A stretch of DNA of 64,000 nucleotides from Alphaproteobacteria bacterium (GTDB taxonomy: Bacteria; Pseudomonadota; Alphaproteobacteria; Acetobacterales; Acetobacteraceae), in NCBI GenBank assembly GCA_020850755.1, contig JADZEB010000025.1:9546-73545 (forward strand), read 5' to 3'. Positions 8,693 to 14,949 of this stretch are shown one piece after another. Under the pieces are notes generated by a model. It made no database searches and was not told the origin of the DNA. It worked only from the letters and a program-made list of their open reading frames with translations. The position numbers and the translations under genes were made by a program. Within the stretch, counting starts at the first letter, position 1. Every line of letters begins with the position of its first letter.

Positions 8693-9601
8693 CTAGAGGT
8701 TGCCCGCCGCCACCGCATGGCGGAGATCGATCCAGGGTCGCCAGGCAAGCAGGCTGGCCGCCTTGCGCGTGTCGGCGTGCGTGATGCGCGCCTCGCCCGG
8801 TCGCTCGGGCGCATGGTCCCACTCGCTCGAGAACAGGCGCGCGACGTCCTTCACGCTGAATGTGTCGCCGGTGCCGATGTTGAACACGTCGTCCTCGATG
8901 TCATAGGCCTCCATCGCGTTCAGGTTGGCGCGCGCCACATCGCGCACATGCACGAAGTCGCGCCGCTGCTCGCCATCTCCGGTCACGGTCAGGCGCTCGC
9001 CCTTGCGGCTCTTGTGGTGGAAGATGCCGACCACCGAGCTGTAGGCGTTGAAGGGACTCTCCGCGGCATAGCTGCGCGGGCCGAACACGTTGAAGTAGCG
9101 CAGCGCCACGACCGTGATGCCCAGCCGGGGCCCAAGCAGCATCGCGTAGCGCTCGGCGCCGTATTTCTGCAGCGCATAGGGGCTGAGCGGGTCGATCGGC
9201 GCCGTTTCCGGCGTGGGCAGCACGGCCGGCGTGCCATAGACCGCCGAGGAGGAGGACAGCACCAGGCGCTTGATGCCGGTCGCGCGCATCGCCTGCATCA
9301 CATGCACGGTGGCGCGCACATTGGCATCGTCATGCCCGATCGGATCGGCGAAGGAGGGCTGGATGCGCGGCAGGGCCGCAAGGTGGAACACGCCCGCCGC
9401 CCCCTCCATCGCCGCGGCCAGCGCCGTGCTTGGCGATCGCGCGAGGTCGTGGCGCAGCACGCAGACATCGTTGGGCAGGTTCTCGCGCCGGCCGGTGGAG
9501 AAATTGTCCACGACCACCACCTTGTGGTCGGCCTCGCGGAGAAGCTCGACCACATGCGAACCGATGAAGCCGGCCCCGCCGGTAACGACATACTTCGCCA
9601 T
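8693..9601 (-). CDS. NAD-dependent sugar-nucleotide epimerase/dehydratase (extended SDR, GalE/HldD-like)
   Basis: MAKYVVTGGAGFIGSHVV (the GxxGxxG motif), SSSAVYG, and the catalytic YxxxK in YALQKYGAE. Start ATG 9601 has GGGGAG upstream. The ORF-track start 9790 would overlap the upstream gene. Confidence 0.8.
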   Translation of the reverse strand: MAKYVVTGGAGFIGSHVVELLREADHKVVVVDNFSTGRRENLPNDVCVLRHDLARSPSTALAAAMEGAAGVFHLAALPRIQPSFADPIGHDDANVRATVHVMQAMRATGIKRLVLSSSSAVYGTPAVLPTPETAPIDPLSPYALQKYGAERYAMLLGPRLGITVVALRYFNVFGPRSYAAESPFNAYSSVVGIFHHKSRKGERLTVTGDGEQRRDFVHVRDVARANLNAMEAYDIEDDVFNIGTGDTFSVKDVARLFSSEWDHAPERPGEARITHADTRKAASLLAWRPWIDLRHAVAAGNL

Positions 9602-9635
9602 GACTGGCTCCCCTGTCTTTCCCCTGTTGAGCGGA

Positions 9636-10763
9636 TCACGCCGCCGCGCGCGCGCGGCCGAGCACGGCCTCGGCCACGTCGAGCGCATCGCGGATGGCGT
9701 CTGGAATGCCCTTGTACTGGAACGAGCCATGCCGCCCGATCGAGTGGAAATCGGCCGGGAACATCGCCTGGTACTGGGCGAAGCGTGCACGCTCGACCGC
9801 CGACTGCACCGGGTAGTAGCGCGAGGTCTCGTTCGGGAGCTCGATCCCGATCAGCGTGTGCGGCGAGGCGTGGCCGGTGATCTTCTTGAACTCGGTCACG
9901 CGCGTATAGGGCTCGTCGCCCGAGTAGTGGACCCAGGCGATGCCCTCCGGCAGTGCCTGGGCGACCGGCAGGACGAGCGGGATGAAGCTGCGCCCGGAAT
10001 AGCGCAGCCGGCCATAGGTGAAGCCGAACAGCGCATCGACCGGCAGGGTGTTGACGATGACATCGGCGGCCAGCACCCCGGCGCTGGTGTGGACCTCGCG
10101 GCGGGCGGAGTCGAATCGCGTCACCCGGGTCGAGGGCAGGAAGCGGGTGCCGGCGAGCGCCTTGGCGAAGAACCCGTTATAGCCGTCGGGCGCTTCCGGG
10201 TAGCCCTGGAACTGGTCCTGATAGAGGCGGACATCGCCCTCGCGAATGGGCGTGCCGCGATTGACCCACTCCCAGTTGGCGGCCAGGGCGCGGTTGGACT
10301 CGACCCCCCACATCTTGCGCGAGTAGCGATCGACGAACTTGCGGTAAAGGGTGGGGCCGATGGCATCCAGCCAGTAGGCCTCGAAATCCTCGGCGCGCGG
10401 GCGGCGGGCGCGGCAGGCGGCCAGCTCGGCCTCGATCGCGGCCGCGTCCGGCATGCGCGGGATGTCCGCGCCCTGCAATGGATAGTTGTAGAAGGCGCCG
10501 TCGGCGGCGACATAGGTCCAGGAGATCGTGTCGAAGCGGCGGATCGGCGTGAGCGCGGTCAGGGTGGCGATCACCGCCTCGTCGCGCGAGAAGAAGACGC
10601 GCGGGCCGAAGGTGTAGGGGTGGCCGCCATACCAGGCGGTACGGCAGCCACCCCCAGGCTCGGCGGCGGCCTCCAGGACCGTGGTCTCGAACCGATCCTT
10701 GAGCAGATGGGCGACGGTGCTCCCCGCAAACCCCGCGCCCAAGACTAGAAGCCGCTTTGCCAC
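9636..10763 (-). CDS. UDP-galactopyranose mutase-like FAD-dependent pyranose/furanose mutase
   Basis: The dinucleotide fold KRLLVLGAGFAGSTVA..L, then GGHPYTFGPRVFF, YSRKMWG and GRHGSFQYKGIPDAIRDA resemble the Glf family. I prefer GTG 10763, which has AGGGGGA 6 nt upstream, over the ORF-track GTG 10802, which sits inside the predicted -10 region. Confidence 0.7.
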   Translation of the reverse strand: MAKRLLVLGAGFAGSTVAHLLKDRFETTVLEAAAEPGGGCRTAWYGGHPYTFGPRVFFSRDEAVIATLTALTPIRRFDTISWTYVAADGAFYNYPLQGADIPRMPDAAAIEAELAACRARRPRAEDFEAYWLDAIGPTLYRKFVDRYSRKMWGVESNRALAANWEWVNRGTPIREGDVRLYQDQFQGYPEAPDGYNGFFAKALAGTRFLPSTRVTRFDSARREVHTSAGVLAADVIVNTLPVDALFGFTYGRLRYSGRSFIPLVLPVAQALPEGIAWVHYSGDEPYTRVTEFKKITGHASPHTLIGIELPNETSRYYPVQSAVERARFAQYQAMFPADFHSIGRHGSFQYKGIPDAIRDALDVAEAVLGRARAAA

Positions 10764-10793
10764 AGCGCATCCCCCTGCGTGCTGACATGCGGG

Positions 10794-10822
10794 GATATAC
10801 ACGTATAAGTTGTTTGTGACAA
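10794..10822 (-). promoter_or_regulatory. Sigma70-like promoter for the mutase-to-aroE-like genes (-35 TTGTCA, 17 nt spacer, -10 TATATC on the minus strand)
   Basis: The minus strand reads TTGTCA (10822-10817), then caaacaacttatacgtg, then TATATC (10799-10794). It sits in the only markedly AT-rich intergenic stretch of the cluster, about 30 nt upstream of the GTG/SD at 10763-10776. Confidence 0.4.
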
Positions 10823-10870
10823 GCGTGGAATACGGGGATAACCCCCAAAATTCCGCATCCGCAATAGAAA

Positions 10871-10882
10871 TTAACTAGTTAA
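10871..10882. promoter_or_regulatory. Perfect 12-bp palindrome TTAACTAGTTAA, a possible regulator binding site
   Basis: Read directly from the sequence. It lies 3 nt downstream of the gmhA stop and about 50 nt upstream of the -35 at 10817-10822. Confidence 0.35.
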
Positions 10883-10885
10883 TTA

Positions 10886-11485
10886 TCATACGATTAACAA
10901 TCGTTCCTCGAGTAGTTCGAGAATCGCGTGTCCAACCACCATATGTAGTTCCTGCACCCGTGCCGTCTCATCTGATGGGACAACCAGCGCAATGTCGCAC
11001 AGCGCCCGCGCGGGGCCACCATTGCCGCCCAGAAGCCCGACTGTGACAATTCCGGTCGCGCGGGCCATCTTGAGCGCCTCGATCACATTGGCCGAGCGGC
11101 CAGAGGTGGTCAGGGCGATCAGCAGGTCCCCCGCGCGACCCAGCCCCGAAAGTGGGCGGGCGAACACCTGGTCGAAACCGAAATCATTGCCCGCGGCCGA
11201 GAGCGCCGTCGCATCGCCCCCCAGCACCACCGCCGGCAGCGATCGCCTTACAACCTTTGCGCGAAGCCGGATCAGCAGTTCGGTGGCCAGATGCTGCGCA
11301 TCCGCGGCCGAGCCGCCATTGCCGCAGAAGAAGATCGTGCCCCCGGCGCGCAGGCTACGCTCGGCTGCGCCGAGGATACCGAGCAGACGGTCCTCCTGCT
11401 CGGCAAAGAGCTGCGCCGTCAGCCGCGCCGCCTCGGCACCGATCTGCTTCAGCCGCGCCCGCTCGCTCGCCTGCCCGTCGCCCAT
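10886..11485 (-). CDS. gmhA: Phosphoheptose isomerase (sedoheptulose-7-phosphate isomerase), SIS domain
   Basis: FFCGNGGSAADAQHLATEL, ...ALTTSGRSANVIEAL, ...GLLGGNGG, ...VPSDETARVQELHMVVGH are classic GmhA/SIS motifs. ATG 11485 has AGGAG 10 nt upstream. The ORF-track start 11509 is a TTG. Confidence 0.8.
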   Translation of the reverse strand: MGDGQASERARLKQIGAEAARLTAQLFAEQEDRLLGILGAAERSLRAGGTIFFCGNGGSAADAQHLATELLIRLRAKVVRRSLPAVVLGGDATALSAAGNDFGFDQVFARPLSGLGRAGDLLIALTTSGRSANVIEALKMARATGIVTVGLLGGNGGPARALCDIALVVPSDETARVQELHMVVGHAILELLEERLLIV

Positions 11486-11539
11486 GCCCCGCGCGCTCCT
11501 GAACCACAAGCCAGACGCCCCTGCCCCCGCCGAGACGGG

Positions 11540-11568
11540 TTGGACAGGTCCCCGAGCCGGCTTATAGT
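11540..11568 (+). promoter_or_regulatory. Sigma70-like promoter (TTGGAC, 17 nt spacer, TATAGT) upstream of ATG 11608
   Basis: TTGGAC 11540-11545, a 17-nt spacer, then TATAGT 11563-11568. AAAGGA (SD) follows at 11597-11602 and ATG at 11608. Confidence 0.45.
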
Positions 11569-11607
11569 GCCGCCATCGCCATTTGGCGAGCCGATGAAAG
11601 GACGACC

Positions 11608-12375
11608 ATGAACGCGCAACCTCCCATCCGGGTCTTCTGGCAGCCTGGCTGAACCAGCTGCCTAAGGGTCAAGGAATTCCTCTCGGTCCGTGGGATCGAG
11701 TTCGACAGCGTAAACGTTCTCGCCGATCCGCAGGGGCTTGCCGACATGCGCAAGCTCGGGGCGCGTTCCGTGCCCGTTGTGTCGCGCGGGGACAAATTCA
11801 CTTTCGCCCAGAATATCAAGCACGTAATCGCCTTCCTCGACCTCAAGGAGGATGGCGGCCCGAAGCTTTCGCCGACCCAGCTGGTGGAGCGGATGAACGT
11901 GATCCTGGGCGCGGCACAGCGCTTCATCCGGCAGATGCCGGACGACAAGCTGGAAACCCTGCTTCCCAACCGCCCGCGGACCTATCGCGTGCTCGGCCAC
12001 CACCTGTTCCGGCTGACCGAGCATTTCGTCGAGTGCGCGCGCGATGGTGCGGCCATCGCCTATGACGGGCTGGTGGCCCCGCCGCCCGAGGACATGCGCA
12101 CATCGGCCGCGATCGCCGAGTACGGCGCCAATGTCGTCGGCCAGGTCAATGCCTGGTGGGCGCAGGAGAAGGACAAAACCGGCAAGCGGCCGGTGCAGAC
12201 CTATTACGGCCAGCAGGAGCTGCACGAGCTGATGGAGCGCACCACTTGGCACTCCGGCCAGCACGTCCGGCAATGGATGATGATGCTCGAGATGGCAGGC
12301 ATCAAGCCCGACCAGCCGCTCTCGGATGCCGACTTCGCCGGCCTGCCGATGCCGCAGAAGGTGTGGGACGAGTAG
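11608..12375 (+). CDS. Glutaredoxin-fold (UxxC) / DinB-YfiT-like fusion protein with in-frame TGA at 11650-11652; candidate selenoprotein, alternatively a recently disrupted gene
   Basis: ATG 11608 is in the same frame as the track ORF 11746-12375, and TGA 11650 is the only interruption. Translation is MNAQPPIRVFWQPG-[TGA]-TSCLRVKEFLSVRGIEFDSVNVLADPQGLADMRKLGARSVPVVSRGDKF... This is a beta1-CxxC-alpha1...cis-Pro(VP) thioredoxin-fold layout with the TGA at the first Cys position. The C-terminal part (HHLFRLTEH..., WHSGQH) is DinB-like. Confidence 0.5.
11682..11700 (+). other. RNA hairpin downstream of the in-frame UGA (candidate bacterial SECIS-like element)
   Basis: CUCGGUCC-GUG-GGAUCGAG forms an 8-bp stem (one G-U pair) with a 3-nt loop that starts with G. 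The stem begins 30 nt after the UGA and the loop 38 nt after it. Confidence 0.3.
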
Positions 12376-12408
12376 GCCGCCGCGACCGACCGATGCCGCA
12401 GAGCGAGC

Positions 12409-12443
12409 GGCCCCGCCTGGCAATCGGGCGGGGCCGTTTGCTT
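12409..12443 (+). terminator. Rho-independent terminator-like hairpin after the DinB-like gene
   Basis: GGCCCCGCC (12409-12417), a 9-nt loop, GGCGGGGCC (12427-12435), then GTTTGCTT. Confidence 0.55.
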
Positions 12444-12543
12444 GCCGCTCGTGCCCGGCTGGCCACAGCGCCAGGGCCGGGCGACACGGCCACGCCGGAT
12501 TGCCGCCATTGCCCGCCCACGGCTAGGCTTGCGCCAGCGCAGC

Positions 12544-12607
12544 GCCTGCCGCCAAGCGAAGCCTGCCGCCAAGCGAAGCCTGCCGCCAAGCGAAGCCTGC
12601 CGCCAAG
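12544..12607. repeat. 17-bp tandem repeat GCCTGCCGCCAAGCGAA, 3 full copies plus a 13-nt partial
   Basis: Perfect copies at 12544-12560, 12561-12577 and 12578-12594, plus a partial copy at 12595-12607. It is intergenic and ends 6 nt before ATG 12613. Confidence 0.9.
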
Positions 12608-12612
12608 GGGAC

Positions 12613-13386
12613 ATGCCCATGCCGAAACGCCACGCCGCAGACGCCCGGACGAAGGCCAGCGCCAACCCCGTCGCGATGGGGCGCGGCCGCCCTGTCTATG
12701 GCGCCTCGGTCGGCATTCTCGTGCTCGATACGCGGTTCATGCGCTTCCCGGGCGATATCGGCAACGCCGCCACCTGGGACTTCCCGGTCCACTACAAGAT
12801 GGTGGTGGGTGCAACGCCCGTCCGGGTGGTGGACCAGCAGGGCAAGGGGCTCCTGCCCGCCTTCATCGCCGCGGCCGAGGAGCTGATCGCGCTCGGCTGC
12901 GACGGCATCACCACCACCTGCGGCTTCCTGTCGCTTTTCCACGAGCCGCTGCGCGACGCCTTGCCGGTGCCGGTCTGCACCTCCAGCCTGTTGCAGATCC
13001 CGATGGTGCAAAGCCTGCTGCCGCGCGGCAAGCGCGTCGGCGTGCTGACCTTCAGCAAGCCCTCGCTGACCGAGCGGCACTTCACCTCGGTCGGCGTCGA
13101 TCCCACCCTGCCGGTGCAGGGCCTGCCCGAGGGCGGCGTCTTCCACCGCTCCTTCCCGGCGGGCGACCACACCGTGCCGTTCGCAGCCTATGTGCCCGAG
13201 ATCATGCAGTCGGCCCGCGCGCTATTGAAGCGCCACCCCGAGGTGGGCGCGATCGTATCCGAATGCACCAACATGCCGCCCTACTCCGCCATGATCCAGC
13301 AGGAGCTTGGCGTGCCGGTGTTCGACATGGTCAACCTGGTGCGCTGGTTCCAGGGCGGGCTGCGGCCGAGGAACTACGGCAACTGA
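12613..13386 (+). CDS. Asp/Glu/hydantoin racemase superfamily protein
   Basis: ILVLDTRF..FPGDIGN, ...GCDGITTTCGFL, ...GAIVSECTNMPPY. The two Cys-containing half-site motifs (TCGF and ECTN) are typical of this superfamily. Start ATG 12613 was chosen because the ORF-track 5' extension translates the tandem repeat. Confidence 0.65.
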   Translation: MPMPKRHAADARTKASANPVAMGRGRPVYGASVGILVLDTRFMRFPGDIGNAATWDFPVHYKMVVGATPVRVVDQQGKGLLPAFIAAAEELIALGCDGITTTCGFLSLFHEPLRDALPVPVCTSSLLQIPMVQSLLPRGKRVGVLTFSKPSLTERHFTSVGVDPTLPVQGLPEGGVFHRSFPAGDHTVPFAAYVPEIMQSARALLKRHPEVGAIVSECTNMPPYSAMIQQELGVPVFDMVNLVRWFQGGLRPRNYGN

Positions 13387-13437
13387 CAGCAAGGCGAGAG
13401 CAGACGGGACAGAGCCCCGCCCCTACTCCACCGCCAC

Positions 13438-14745
13438 CTACTCCACCGCCTTGCCGTAAGGAACGTTGCGCCCGCCATAGCGGCGCACGCGGATATTGGC
13501 CTGCTCGGCATGGCCGACAAAGCCCTCGAGCATGCACAGGCGCGAGCAATAGGCGCCGATCATGGCCGAGGCCTTGTCGCTGAGCACCTTCTGGTAGGTC
13601 ACGGTCTTCATGAACTTGCCGACCCAGAGCCCGCCCGTGTAACGCGCCGCCTTCATCGTCGGCAGGGTGTGGTTTGTGCCGATGACCTTGTCGCCATAGG
13701 AGACGTTGGTGCGCGGCCCCAGGAACAAGGCGCCGTAATTGGTCATCTCGCGCAGGAAGCGTTCATCGTCGCTGGTCATCACCTGCACATGCTCGCTGGC
13801 GATGCGGTCGGCCTCGCGGATCATCTCGGCATGGTCCGCGCACAGGATCACCTCGCCATAGTCGCGCCAGGCCGTGCCCGCGATCGCGGCGGTGGGCAGG
13901 ATACGCAGGAGCCTCTCCACCTCGGCCATGGTCTCGCGCGCGAGCTTCTCCGAGTTCGTCAGCAAGATCGCGGGCGAGGTCGGGCCGTGCTCGGCCTGGC
14001 CGAGCAGGTCGGTGGCGCAGATCTCGCCATCGACCGTCTCGTCGGCGATGATCAGGGTTTCGGTCGGGCCGGCGAGCAGATCGATGCCGACGCGACCGAA
14101 AAGCTGTCGCTTGGCTTCCGCGACATAGGCGTTGCCGGGGCCAACCAGCATGTCCACCCGCGGGATGGTCTCGGTGCCGAGCGCCATCGCCCCCACCGCC
14201 TGCACGCCGCCCAGGCAGTAGATCACGTCGGCCCCGGCCAGATGCTGAGCGGCCACGATCGCGGGCGCGGGCCGGCCCTGATAAGGCGGCGCGCAGGTGG
14301 CCACGCGCGGCACACCGGCCACCTTTGCCGTGATCACCGACATGTGCGCCGAGGCGAGCAGCGGATACTTGCCGCCGGGCACGTAGCAGCCGACCGAATT
14401 CACCGGGATGTTGCGGTGCCCGAGCACGATGCCGGGCATCGTCTCCACCTCGATATCCTTCAGCGCCGCCTTCTGGTGCGCGGCGAAGTTGCGCACCTGC
14501 GCCTGGGCGAAGCGGATATCCTCCAACTCGCGCGCCGACAATTCGGACAGGCAGGCGCGGATCTCCGCATCCGTCAGGCGATAGTCGCTCCGCTCCCAGC
14601 CGTCGAAGCGCACCGACATCTCGCGCACCGCCGCATCCCCGCGCGCGGCGATGTCCGCAAGCAGATCCTCCACCACCCTGCGCACGCGGTCATTGACCGC
14701 GTCCTTGTCCGACTGTGCGATCGATTGCTTGAACCAGCGCGCCAT
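13438..14745 (-). CDS. Histidinol dehydrogenase family NAD-dependent dehydrogenase (HisD paralogue-like)
   Basis: 435 aa from ATG 14745. [18 protein letters not shown], ...[15 protein letters not shown], ...[26 protein letters not shown], ...GQAEHGP, ...[15 protein letters not shown] are HisD signatures. Confidence 0.8.
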   Translation of the reverse strand: MARWFKQSIAQSDKDAVNDRVRRVVEDLLADIAARGDAAVREMSVRFDGWERSDYRLTDAEIRACLSELSARELEDIRFAQAQVRNFAAHQKAALKDIEVETMPGIVLGHRNIPVNSVGCYVPGGKYPLLASAHMSVITAKVAGVPRVATCAPPYQGRPAPAIVAAQHLAGADVIYCLGGVQAVGAMALGTETIPRVDMLVGPGNAYVAEAKRQLFGRVGIDLLAGPTETLIIADETVDGEICATDLLGQAEHGPTSPAILLTNSEKLARETMAEVERLLRILPTAAIAGTAWRDYGEVILCADHAEMIREADRIASEHVQVMTSDDERFLREMTNYGALFLGPRTNVSYGDKVIGTNHTLPTMKAARYTGGLWVGKFMKTVTYQKVLSDKASAMIGAYCSRLCMLEGFVGHAEQANIRVRRYGGRNVPYGKAVE

Positions 14746-14949
14746 CAATGCGTTCTCTCCCGTTGGTCCGGTAGCGGGGCACAAGGCTTGCCAGGATCCG
14801 CGGCGAATGCAAGCGGCAGGCTGCGGGACACGGCCCTTCCGGGCGGAACGGAACGGTGGCACAATAATTTCAGCAGGCGCTCAACAAGCACCAAGATCGC
14901 GACCCGGACCGCACCAAGCAGGGCCGCACAACCCAGGAGGGAGGAAACC

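Noticed and set aside
10834-10845. GGGGATAACCCC hairpin as the intrinsic terminator of gmhA
   Set aside because: The stem is only 4 bp (extendable by a GGAAT/ATTCC outer pair), and no U-tract follows on the minus-strand transcript. It is mentioned only as part of the AT-rich regulatory island.
11672-11681. Palindrome AGGAATTCCT downstream of the TGA as the SECIS element
   Set aside because: A 10-nt perfect palindrome leaves no room for a loop, and the stem would be at most 3-4 bp. The 11682-11700 hairpin is the more credible structure.
11746-12375. Taking the ORF-track start ATG 11746 as the true start of an ordinary DinB-family protein
   Set aside because: That start would leave about 140 nt of upstream sequence unexplained, although it is in frame and codes a complete thioredoxin-fold N-terminus. 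It would also leave the promoter and SD unexplained and begin the protein in the middle of a beta-alpha unit (MRKLGARSVPVV). I kept it only as the fallback if Sec decoding is refuted.
12544-12607. CRISPR array (also considered for 42486-42540)
   Set aside because: These are head-to-tail tandem repeats with no unique spacers. The units (17 bp and 5 bp) are far shorter than CRISPR repeats, and there are no cas genes in the window.
12442-12612. 5' extension of the racemase-family ORF (ORF-track start 12442)
   Set aside because: The extension translates the 17-bp tandem repeat and the terminator region into Arg/Ala/Pro-rich sequence. The conserved racemase fold begins after ATG 12613.
14857-14872. 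Sigma54-type promoter TGGCAC-N5-TTTCA upstream of the first SBP gene
   Set aside because: The -24 GG element fits, but the -12 element lacks the conserved GC (TTTC instead of TTGC). No enhancer-binding protein gene is nearby, so the evidence is too weak to annotate.
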